Part shown: positions 36,278-45,800 of the stretch, piece after piece
Numbering within the stretch: the stretch's first letter is position 1
How the letters are laid out: every line of letters begins with the position of its first letter
DNA from: a virus
Virus record (IMG/VR): IMGVR_UViG_3300012973_000014
Location: 22 to 64,021 of that record
Length of the DNA stretch: 64,000 nucleotides
Reading direction: 5' to 3' (one strand)
Made by a program: the position numbers and the translations under genes
Notes under the pieces: model-generated
What the model saw: the letters and a program-made list of their open reading frames with translations, nothing else
Database searches by the model: none
What the model was told of the DNA's origin: nothing

Positions 36278-36506
36278 CAACTGGATGTTTGTTGCAGTAG
36301 CTTGTCTTGGGAGTTTTTTAATAGCCGTGGCAATGAGCTACCTTATAACACAAAGCGAACTGCAGCCTTATATGAAGCTCAAGGAGGAGCTAGAAGTTAT
36401 TAAAGACAGTCTGGCTATCCAACACAACCATTTTCACATCACTATAGAGAAAGACACAATAATAACACAGAAAGTATGTATAGACTTATCATCACTCTCG
36501 CAATAG
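36264..36506 (+). CDS. small membrane protein
   Basis: TM helix 'MFVAVACLGSFLIAVAMSYLI'. Confidence 0.4.
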   Translation: MRDDNNWMFVAVACLGSFLIAVAMSYLITQSELQPYMKLKEELEVIKDSLAIQHNHFHITIEKDTIITQKVCIDLSSLSQ

Positions 36507-36637
36507 CATGCCTTATCGTTTACTACATAGTATGCTTCGCTGAGATTTTCGGGCTCATGAAGATTACCAAAAAGGGTAGTATCAAGCCATCAAAACTGTT
36601 AATCCCATTTTATTACTTATTTAAAAACTAAAACATT

Positions 36638-37816
36638 ATGAACAAAAAACAATTAGGCTCCATCATTCTTGGAGCGGCTGTAATCCTTATGCTTTGCTTT
36701 GTAGGCAAGTTCGGAGAGGATGTGTCAAATGAGAAAATCGTTGTTAACCAGTTTCCATTCTCAGGTAAGATGGCGTACTGGACCACTCCGGGTTGGAAAT
36801 GGCAAGGCTGGGGTTCCACCACCGAGTACTACAAGACTCAGCAGTATTGGTTCGGAGGTAAGGATGCGGACGGAAATGAGCATGGTACTCCAATTAGAGT
36901 TATCTTCAATGACGCGTCGGTAGGATATATCTATGGCTCCTTGCGAATCAAGCTCCCTACAAGCGAGGATAAGTTGGCCAAGATTCATACAGACTACAAC
37001 GGAATGGACCGCTTGATGAATGACCTTGTATCACAAACTGTAGTAAAAGTAGTATACGCTTCCGGTCCGCTAATGTCAGCGTTTGAGTCTTACGCAGAAA
37101 AGAAAAACGACCTTATCGCTTATGTTGATGACCAGCTGACCAACGGTGTATACAAGACCTCAGTAAAAGAGATTGTAACCGTAGATTCATTTACCGGAGA
37201 GGAGAAGAAAATCAAAGTGGCGTCGCTATTCGCTGACGAGAACGCTCCGGGCGGATACAAACGTTCAGAGACCTCACCATTCGCGTATTACGGCATTGAG
37301 ATTGGTCAGGTAGCTATCTCAGAGATTCAGTATGACGAGAAGGTAACCAAGCAGATTGAGACTCAGCAACAGGCTAACATGTCTATCCAGACCAAGAAAT
37401 CAGAGGCATTGGCAGCACAGCAGGATGCTATCAAAGCCGAGGCTGAAGGTAAAGCTGCTGCAGCAAAAGCCAAGTGGGAGCAGGAGAGAATCAAGGCTAC
37501 GGAGGTAACTAAAGCGGAGCAGGAGTTTGAGGTTGCAAGACTAGCTGCTCTTAAAGCGAAGGAGGAGGCTAAGAGAATTGAAGCTGAAGGTGCTGCTAAG
37601 GCTGCCGCTAACAGAGCATTGGTAAGTGCAGGTCTTACTCCACTTGAGAAAGCGACTATTGAGAAAGAGACCAAGATTGGCGTAGCTCAAGCTCTTTCAC
37701 AAATCAAACTCCCTACTATCGTAAGCGCAGGAGGTCAGGGCGGAAACGGCAACACAGCCATGGACGCTATGGGCCTTAAAATGATGAAATCACTGGTAGA
37801 TGAGATGAGTAAATAA
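36638..37816 (+). CDS. SPFH/band-7 (flotillin/HflK-like) membrane protein
   Basis: N-terminal TM, central SPFH-like domain, C-terminal A/K/E-rich coiled coil 'AEAEGKAAAAKAKWEQERIKA...'. Confidence 0.6.
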   Translation: MNKKQLGSIILGAAVILMLCFVGKFGEDVSNEKIVVNQFPFSGKMAYWTTPGWKWQGWGSTTEYYKTQQYWFGGKDADGNEHGTPIRVIFNDASVGYIYGSLRIKLPTSEDKLAKIHTDYNGMDRLMNDLVSQTVVKVVYASGPLMSAFESYAEKKNDLIAYVDDQLTNGVYKTSVKEIVTVDSFTGEEKKIKVASLFADENAPGGYKRSETSPFAYYGIEIGQVAISEIQYDEKVTKQIETQQQANMSIQTKKSEALAAQQDAIKAEAEGKAAAAKAKWEQERIKATEVTKAEQEFEVARLAALKAKEEAKRIEAEGAAKAAANRALVSAGLTPLEKATIEKETKIGVAQALSQIKLPTIVSAGGQGGNGNTAMDAMGLKMMKSLVDEMSK

Positions 37817-37820
37817 AAAG

Positions 37821-37847
37821 AGGGACCATTAAGGTCCCTTTATTTTT
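37821..37847. terminator. bidirectional terminator hairpin
   Basis: AGGGACCattaAGGTCCCTttattttt, with an A-run on the 5' side. Confidence 0.55.
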
Positions 37848-38133
37848 GCAATATCCTCTTGAAATCTCGAAAGCGAAAGAACGCCTTGGCAGTTACTTTC
37901 TTCTCTTTAGGAAGCTTGCGCGACACATCATTCATCAGGACTCTCTTATCCTTATTGAAATACTTCGCCGCAGTATCATAATCAACCAAAGGATTCATAA
38001 GTGTCATCAGGAAATTACTGGCTGTTTCAGCCGTATTGGAATCTATATTGTCGAAAGCACCTGCCTCTGACATTTGGTACAGCTCTTTAATCAGGCCGCG
38101 GGACCTATCGTTTTGTTCTGACATATCTAACAA
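37840..38133 (-). CDS. hypothetical protein
   Basis: 97-aa ORF. Confidence 0.4.
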   Translation of the reverse strand: MLDMSEQNDRSRGLIKELYQMSEAGAFDNIDSNTAETASNFLMTLMNPLVDYDTAAKYFNKDKRVLMNDVSRKLPKEKKVTAKAFFRFRDFKRILQK

Positions 38134-38506
38134 AGTCTTTAATTTGTATTCCGAAATGGATTAAGCATCCTATTATACCGGCTAAGATAAGTAAAATTGC
38201 TAATATGTTGGTAATATTGTAGAATGCAATGGAAGGGAAGGAGTCGTAGAAATAGCAAGAAAGTGAGGCGTAAAGCACGCTGAGTATGACTAAACGGTAA
38301 TAGATACAGAAGTGTTCGTATAAAGAGATGATGAAGCAGAGGGCGAGAGTGAAATAACTGAAAAGACAAAAGTTGGCCATCCATTTTAAGTCAATCTCCA
38401 GTTCAAGTAACCAGTTTAAGAAATGAATGACTTGATAAACACCAAGCAAAATAGGGATAACTGCTATCAAGGGTAAGTATATAAATGCTAACACAGACCG
38501 TTTCAT
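38105..38506 (-). CDS. polytopic membrane protein (4 predicted TM; holin candidate)
   Basis: 133 aa. Hydrophobic segments. Near the lysis genes. Confidence 0.4.
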   Translation of the reverse strand: MKRSVLAFIYLPLIAVIPILLGVYQVIHFLNWLLELEIDLKWMANFCLFSYFTLALCFIISLYEHFCIYYRLVILSVLYASLSCYFYDSFPSIAFYNITNILAILLILAGIIGCLIHFGIQIKDFVRYVRTKR

Positions 38507-38742
38507 TTAACTCTTACTTTTATAACTTGCTTCAAACTATCGTTTTCTATTTGTAGAGAATCATTTTGCTCACTAAGAGAATCATTTTGCTCACTAAGAG
38601 AATCAACTTGTTTCTCTAATTCTTTCACTTTTCTATCCATCTCCTCATTCCTATTCCCCACATACACCTTTCCCTTGATTTTCTTCTTAAGTTCTTCAAG
38701 TGAAGGTAACTTTTTCAGCTTTTTCCTTTGCTTTTTCGCCAT
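38503..38742 (-). CDS. small coiled-coil protein with an in-frame 21-bp tandem repeat
   Basis: 'DSLSEQNDSLSEQNDSL'. The DNA 'aagagaatcattttgctcact' is duplicated at 38559-38600. Confidence 0.4.
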   Translation of the reverse strand: MAKKQRKKLKKLPSLEELKKKIKGKVYVGNRNEEMDRKVKELEKQVDSLSEQNDSLSEQNDSLQIENDSLKQVIKVRVK

Positions 38743-39055
38743 AACTAACTATATTTGCACCGAACAATGCAGGTTAAATAGTTTTTTAAGTTATCCCCGC
38801 CGTTTTCGCAACGGTGGGGTTTTTATTTATAAAGAACGGCCCTCAAGTGACAAGCCTGAGAGCCTTATTTAAGTAGTCTATATGGCTATTTCCATTTTGG
38901 AAACACCCACTAAATCATCTCCCATTGAGGTATTCCATCCTTCTTGCCAATACATCTCAACTTCTCGCCTTTTTCTGTCTCAATGATGTCGCCAATCTCA
39001 GTAACAGCATTAAGTTCTTCCTGTGTCATTTCAATCTTTTCCATACTATTATTAA

Positions 39056-39535
39056 CTAAAATTGTATAAAATTATAACTTATTCCTATTCCTATATACGG
39101 GTAAAATCCTTCACCACTTATAGCGTATCCTCCTTGTATGCCTATTCCCCATTTTTTCGGCCTCTCCCGCACATATTCGGTTTGGGTAATATATTTAGTC
39201 GTAATTCGTGGATAGATTCTTATTTCTTCCAAGTAAGCGTTAATACCGCTAATCTTTGCGTAGTAGGTGCTATCCTTGTACTCCTTAACCTCTTGGAACA
39301 ACATCTGACCGGCTAAATAAATAGTGTCTTTCAATATAACTGTATCTCTTACCTCCACCCTATACGGCACAGGCTTGGGAAAATATTGCGTATCAATCTG
39401 CACATCAATCACTGTATCCCTCACTATTTTCATCTCTGGCCCCTTTACTGGGCTCTGGCACGATTTCATTAGCATCATACCGAGCAAGGCCCCAACAAAG
39501 AGTAGCAGCAAATATATACCCCCAGTCCTTACCAT
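39056..39535 (-). CDS. putative lipoprotein / o-spanin-like protein
   Basis: N-terminal signal 'LLLLFVGALLGMMLMKSC'. Sits in the lysis cassette. Confidence 0.4.
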   Translation of the reverse strand: MVRTGGIYLLLLFVGALLGMMLMKSCQSPVKGPEMKIVRDTVIDVQIDTQYFPKPVPYRVEVRDTVILKDTIYLAGQMLFQEVKEYKDSTYYAKISGINAYLEEIRIYPRITTKYITQTEYVRERPKKWGIGIQGGYAISGEGFYPYIGIGISYNFIQF

Positions 39536-39927
39536 TCTCTGATTGCATTCTTAAGAGCCTCCTCAGCTTTATTTACCGCATCCTTAAGACGCTCTATTTC
39601 CCGCAGCTGCTCTTCGCTTTTAACCGGTGCTCCTCTAAGCCAATTGTTATAATTGCAGTGTACTACACCTAACATACTGCATCGTAAAGCGTAATCATAA
39701 TACTTCCAATATTCACCGCGTGGAGCATCCTTCTCGATATCTACCATCATATCTGCAAGAGAGACGTAGTAGTCACAGATATTAGCTACCCCGCCAATAT
39801 CTATCCATTCAGCATCTCTTACATCAAACTCATGTTTCTTACAAAACTCAGCGAGATATGCATTACAAGCATTCTCGTAATTACTTCTTAATGACTGAAC
39901 CATTGAAATCCTTTTTAAATAATTCAA
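39529..39927 (-). CDS. hypothetical protein
   Basis: 132-aa ORF. Confidence 0.4.
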   Translation of the reverse strand: MNYLKRISMVQSLRSNYENACNAYLAEFCKKHEFDVRDAEWIDIGGVANICDYYVSLADMMVDIEKDAPRGEYWKYYDYALRCSMLGVVHCNYNNWLRGAPVKSEEQLREIERLKDAVNKAEEALKNAIREW

Positions 39928-40336
39928 ATTCTGCTGCTCGGCGCCTCTCGAGGCCTTTAAGTTTCTTACCTCTGGATTTAACCCACATCATCCACGCCTT
40001 GCGATACTCGTTAATATCACTGATTTTATAGTTAATAACCTTACGGATTGTAGATGTACAGAAATTACCTGAGCCTATATTGTATACCAGAGACACAAGA
40101 GCATCAAACTGACTTTGTCTAAGAGGTGTGCTGACAAGATGTGATACAGCCTCCTCAGCTTCTCGTAAATCTTCCTTGAGGAGGTCTTCTGCCTCCGACT
40201 CCAATATGGAATCTCCAGCCCTAACGCCACGAGTATGACCATAGCCTATAGTCCATACACCTCCGGGGCACAGATAAGCATTCTTTCGGAAGCCTTCAAA
40301 CTCCTTAATTAAATCAATTCCTTCCTTACTTGTTTT
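39881..40336 (-). CDS. GH24 lysozyme (endolysin)
   Basis: 'EGIDLIKEFEGFRKNAYLCPGGVWTIGYGHT' T4-lysozyme signature. Start placed at 'MKTSKEG' (ORF track extends to 40414). Confidence 0.85.
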   Translation of the reverse strand, partial: KTSKEGIDLIKEFEGFRKNAYLCPGGVWTIGYGHTRGVRAGDSILESEAEDLLKEDLREAEEAVSHLVSTPLRQSQFDALVSLVYNIGSGNFCTSTIRKVINYKISDINEYRKAWMMWVKSRGKKLKGLERRRAAEFELFKKDFNGSVIKK

Positions 40337-40757
40337 CATCCTTTCGTAAACAATGTGGTTTATAAGTTCCTTTTTCTGGCTTTCTATTAGGACAAGGGTC
40401 CACAAAGCATACATTCACACTGGTAAACCCAAGAGCTTCCTCAAGCGCCTCCATCCTGTTTTCCAATTTCAATAAACGCCTACTGAGTTCATAGTTCTCG
40501 GACTCCTTCTCTAAGTTCTCCTTTCTAGAATCAGCAAGACGCTCCAAAGCCTGAGAAGCTATCTCCTCCGATGCCCCGATACGCCTATGGTCCAAATCAA
40601 AATCCTTCTCCTGTGTCGATATATGCTCCTGAACAGTATGCTCTTTCTCCTGTCTAACTCCCTCTCTATCCATGCGCGTTTTATAACGCTCCTGACGGAC
40701 CTTGTCCCAGAAGGTAAAAAGCGCAAGTACTACAACTAGTATCTGTTCCCAATCCAT
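40326..40757 (-). CDS. membrane/coiled-coil protein (holin or i-spanin candidate)
   Basis: N-terminal TM 'ILVVVLALFTFW', then a charged coiled coil. Overlaps the lysozyme start. Confidence 0.4.
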   Translation of the reverse strand: MDWEQILVVVLALFTFWDKVRQERYKTRMDREGVRQEKEHTVQEHISTQEKDFDLDHRRIGASEEIASQALERLADSRKENLEKESENYELSRRLLKLENRMEALEEALGFTSVNVCFVDPCPNRKPEKGTYKPHCLRKDENK

Positions 40758-40852
40758 GCAATAAAGAGTAAATTATTATACAACAAAGGTAATAATTTTT
40801 TACGGCTAGGCAAATTATTACTATCTTTGTGATAATAATAATTTTATACTGT

Positions 40853-41320
40853 ATGAAAATCACAAATAATCAAGTGTTTGTTGTACACAATTTCCTGTCT
40901 GGCTTGAAACTCGGCAAGTTTGATAAGGATATTCGTGTCGCTATCTACAAGAATGTAGGCGAATTGACAACTGCGGTTAAAGCAGTTCAAGAGAAAATGG
41001 AGGCTTCCAAAAAAGAGCTTTTCAAGGATTTGGAAAAGGATGCACAAAAAGTGGGTGCTTTGCGTGAGGAATTTAACAAAGAGGAAACTACCAAAGAAAG
41101 ACGAGAGGCTATCGTAAAAGAGATTATGACCTATGAGGCTTTCCTTAACGCAGAGAACGAATTTAACAAAGTAGCCATAGAGTTCGGTCAAGATGAGGTT
41201 GAGATAAAACTTATTGCCGTAGACTTCGGCAAATTCATAGATGGTTTGGTAGATAGTGAAGTTGATTTCACTGCACCACAACTGCAAATGATATCATTTC
41301 TTTTTAACAAAATAAAATAA
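40853..41320 (+). CDS. hypothetical protein
   Basis: Start at 'MKITNN'. ORF track 40829..41320. Confidence 0.4.
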   Translation: MKITNNQVFVVHNFLSGLKLGKFDKDIRVAIYKNVGELTTAVKAVQEKMEASKKELFKDLEKDAQKVGALREEFNKEETTKERREAIVKEIMTYEAFLNAENEFNKVAIEFGQDEVEIKLIAVDFGKFIDGLVDSEVDFTAPQLQMISFLFNKIK

Positions 41321-41321
41321 T

Positions 41322-41615
41322 ATGGTTGGAATTTTGATTAACAGTAACTACAAGTACGAGAATGTTGTACTTGAGGGCGGTGAGAAAGTATCCGCAAATC
41401 AAGTGACCGTTGAGAAAGATAAAGTCGCAAGAGTAGAGGGCGGTAATGTTACCATTAAAGATGGCGACAATACTCTTTCATTCTCTTTCTCTATCTACAA
41501 TTACGGTGTTGATGGTCGTAAAACTTACAACCTGAGCGGTGTGCCAGAGGGCGTAGATGGTCAGGCTATCGTTAAGGAATTTGTAGAGTTCGTTGAGAAC
41601 GATATAGTTTCATAA
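41322..41615 (+). CDS. hypothetical protein
   Basis: 97 aa. Convergent with the tail genes. Confidence 0.4.
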   Translation: MVGILINSNYKYENVVLEGGEKVSANQVTVEKDKVARVEGGNVTIKDGDNTLSFSFSIYNYGVDGRKTYNLSGVPEGVDGQAIVKEFVEFVENDIVS

Positions 41616-41630
41616 TGGTTTTTAAAAAAG

Positions 41631-41667
41631 AAAAGGGGAGTCTTAATTGATTCCCCTTTTTTTTTCG
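41631..41667. terminator. bidirectional terminator
   Basis: aaaaGGGGAGtcttaattgattCCCCttttttttt. Confidence 0.6.
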
Positions 41668-41678
41668 TTTTGTAACTA

Positions 41679-42857
41679 TCAATATGTTACTGTTACACTC
41701 GAACTGAATGATGTTGCAGTCCACGCTGAACCACTTGATGATTGATACTCAAATGTACCCGTAACAACAAATTGGTCTTGGCCTGTTGGGAATTGCACAT
41801 AATTACCAATCAACTCAAACAAAGCAGGACCATCATAAGTGCCATCTGCCGTAGTCTTTGCAATAGAAGACACCGAATTACAAGGAACAACTGTCCCAGA
41901 AGCAGTTTTAACAGACCATCTCACTTGATATGCTGCTGCACTATCCCAACTATCCCCCCTAGCAAATGTATATTGCACTTGGTCTTGATTTCTGTATGTG
42001 TATTTAGTTACAGAGAAAGACTTGATATACTCCATCAACTGCCTTACAAACTTGACTTGTTTATTTACTTGCTCAGGGCAACTTATAAGGGGGTGACTAA
42101 AGTTAATACCAAAAGGATTTACCCATTCTGTCTTCATTGCAGGTGTCAGTGTTAATGCTGTTTCGTTCGCAAAAAACAATGTTACTGGCCTTAAAGTATC
42201 CTCATTGTATCCATAGATTGGAGATACTGCTGGTATAGTAAATGATGTGCAATATGTACCATTATATAAGATAGGATATATTCCACCTGCGGTATTGTTA
42301 ATACAGCATCTAATATAACTGCCAACCATTACACATAGGTATATCTTACTATAATCAGCGGAGCCTTGATAAGCGGAGATAACCTCTGCTAAATCAACAA
42401 CAGTTGTAAGGTCTGTCCTCCATATAAGATTGACAACTTTATTATCGGTATCATATCTTATTCTTTCCCCATCAACTAAGCCATATCCCTTTAGTGTTGG
42501 ACCATCATACTCATATTCGTATCCCCAAAAATCATCCACTCTGCGAGGAGATGTGCCGATAATACCTTTCGGTTTACCGACATACTCCCAATTCGCAGTA
42601 TGGAGTTCTTCGGGCCGTTGCAATGCTGCTCCAGCCCTAAGACCATATATAATACCATCACCATTTTGCTCTTTTGTACCTTTGAATTGAGCGTGTGATA
42701 ATGGCGCATTCTGGGGATAATCTATTGGTTTATGGATACTCCACTTGTTGACTTTATTACTTAATACGCTATCACTAAATATTTCATCGGTGCTTTGCCC
42801 CACTTGAAAGAATGATGCTAACTGTGCTATTGTTACGCTTGTGCCGAATGTTGCCAT
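41679..42857 (-). CDS. tail fibre / putative receptor-binding protein
   Basis: 392 aa. Last gene of the tail operon. S/T/G/Y-rich, beta-rich. Confidence 0.45.
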   Translation of the reverse strand: MATFGTSVTIAQLASFFQVGQSTDEIFSDSVLSNKVNKWSIHKPIDYPQNAPLSHAQFKGTKEQNGDGIIYGLRAGAALQRPEELHTANWEYVGKPKGIIGTSPRRVDDFWGYEYEYDGPTLKGYGLVDGERIRYDTDNKVVNLIWRTDLTTVVDLAEVISAYQGSADYSKIYLCVMVGSYIRCCINNTAGGIYPILYNGTYCTSFTIPAVSPIYGYNEDTLRPVTLFFANETALTLTPAMKTEWVNPFGINFSHPLISCPEQVNKQVKFVRQLMEYIKSFSVTKYTYRNQDQVQYTFARGDSWDSAAAYQVRWSVKTASGTVVPCNSVSSIAKTTADGTYDGPALFELIGNYVQFPTGQDQFVVTGTFEYQSSSGSAWTATSFSSSVTVTY

Positions 42858-42858
42858 A

Positions 42859-45800
42859 TTATGCCCTCCTATATTGTGCTAATTCTTGTTCTAATTGATT
42901 AACTTTTTCTCTTAATAGTTGCACCTCAGTCTTAACTCCTTTAACCTCTCTCGCAACGGAAATGCCTATACCAACTGCCAAAGCACCATAATCAAGATGG
43001 TAGAAGTCTTTATTGGTTGTATTAACAGCATCCTTGAACTGAGTATCCAACCAATACTGAGCAGATGTACCTAAGTGTTGTTCCTTATCATCTCTGTCAG
43101 TCCATTTGAATGTAAACAACGGAGCATTGACTATTGTTTCAAGGTCTATCTGCTTGTATGAGGTAATATCCTTGTAGCGGATATCCGAACCAAATGCACC
43201 ACCACCTGTGGCCACAAGATTGCCGTTCCCATCTATATAAGCAATATCTGTATTAACGCCATTGGCTGACCGGTAGAATGTTAGTCCTTTTGTTGTTTGG
43301 GCATAAAGACCATAATCCCAATAGTCATCACTTTCTGTTCTTCTTAAAAATTTGAGTTTTCTTGAAATACTTGATGTTCCTGTAGTATCGTTTAGTATAA
43401 TATCTCCATTTGTATGTATATTAGAACTTACTGTAAGGGTATGCGACATTGTTACATCTCCAGACTGAGCAATCACAACACCTATTCCAGCATTTGCACT
43501 ACCACTATTAGGCCTTAGATATATACCTTCAGCAGCATATATACCGAGACCTCCAGCACTTGATAAGCCTATTCTCGCTAAATGACTGCTTCCGAATAAA
43601 ATTCCAACATCATTAAAAGCACTGCTACTCGCATTGTTTAGTACAAGTCCGTTACTTACATTAAGAGACTTAATAGTTCCTGTCCCATAATAATCAATCT
43701 TAAAAGCTGTAGTCCACCCTCCGTAATTATGCTGCAAATACCAATCTCCTCCGCTAACAAAGGTTTTCCAATCAAAAGTGGTAGTATAATCATCAATAGC
43801 TCCTCGTTGAAAAATCAAAGCTGGAGAATCTCCACTCTCTGAATAAAGAGTTAAATCACCTGTGGCGTAATTTACTAATGCTTTAGGAGCATACCATAAA
43901 CTATTACTCTTATTAGTTAGCACAATGGGCCTATTGATATTATCTGTACCAGCTTGACAAAGAACTGTATTTACCGTAGGAATATCAGCAGCCACCAATG
44001 CTCTAAATGTAGCAGCCCCATTGCCACCATTTGGGGCTGCAAGGACAGTATTCGCTGTTCTTGAAACACTCGCATCATACCAAGAAATAGTTTCCCAGAT
44101 AGGTGCTCCTGTACCAGAACTTCTTAAAAATTGACCGCTACTTCCTTTTGTTATAGGTGCATAAATATCAAATGTTGTTGGAGTGTTGGTTGTACCAGCT
44201 ATATTCCACGATGTGCCATTAACAGTGGCGGTTCTTGCATATACCCCCAAAGCCTCCTTTGTAAGATTTCCGCTATCGTATATCTTATATTGCTTTCCTG
44301 CTGAGAGGTTGTAGTGATATAAATTATCAGCATTTGTTCTTATGACAGTTTTATGAGCAGAAGAACCGACAGCCACAACAGCTTCACCAGATACGCCTGT
44401 CCAAGTATTTGAAGCACTTAAAGGAGCAAGAATACCATTGCCAGCATTATCATATATGCCAATATTACCGCTTGTAATATTTAGATTTCCTGTTATTGTA
44501 CCTCCTGTAAGCTGTAAATACCTATTATCTACAGTGGTTGAATAATTCCCAGTATGTAATACTTCCCAAGTTCTAGGAATACTAGACGCACTATTACAAT
44601 ACCATAACTTGCCATCATTACCTAACATTAACGCTTTATCTGATTGTATGTTTGTAATAAACACGCCAAAAGCTGCAGCAGAGTTATGCCCTATTAGGGA
44701 CGTATTTACTCCTTTAGTCCTAAATGAAAGGGTAGTGCCTATTGTTCCGTCGGTATCTAAAAATAAAGCCTCACGACTAGTACCATCTTTTACAGTACCA
44801 CCAGACAATTTTAGATATCTATTATCAGTAGTAGTTGAATAGTTACCTTCATGGATAATAGCATTAGCATTAAAAGATAGCCAGTCTTTATATATAACAA
44901 CGCCATTCGTGCTTCTTTCTCCTAAAGTAACATTACCTCTTAAATAAATATTACCAACAGAATACACTCCTATCCCTCCACTAGAATCTGTACCTATTCT
45001 CGCTTGTTCTACGCTATTTAAGGTTCTAATAAAAGACAATGCTGTCTTATCATAAGCAGCATCTGTTCCCGATGAAAGAGTTAGAGGACCTGTAAGAGTG
45101 CCACCACTCAACGGCAAATACCCTGCTAATTTACTATCAAGAGTAACACCATTTTGATAAATGGTAGTTGCATTGAGAGTGCCGTTGACGTCTAACTTAT
45201 AACCATTATCATCAGTAGTGCCTATAAGGACATTGCCATCTTGTGTAATTTGCATTAAATCAGATGCACTTGTTACCCCTCCTCTAAATCTCAAACTACC
45301 TGAATTTGACGCAGAAATACCCCACATCCCTGCATCATACCCATATGAATTTACAGTGGCTAACCATATACTTGCCACATTTGAAACACTAACTTGGTTA
45401 ATTCTTATGCCTTGAGTGTATGAATTTACATTATCTTCTGTTATATGTAAACAACCATTAACTGCAGCACTACCATCAAAACTCTGACCCCAAATGGTTC
45501 TTGCAGTTTGTAGTTTGGTTGCACTACCAGCATTGTATGAGCCTATGTTGCCAGAGTGTATGAGAGTGTTAGTATTATATACAGGAGTACCATCATCTTT
45601 TATGCTCAAATATGATGAAGAAGCAAAGCTATATAGATATGTTCCAATGCTACTATCCCATCCCATCTCAACTTTGTTTGCACTCTTACACTCTATGCGC
45701 ATTGCAACTGCATATGTAGTTGCATTTGAGTTAATTACTAAAGGAGTAATAGCACTGTTATTACTAATCGTTCCCCCACTCAAAGGCAAATACTTCCCAC

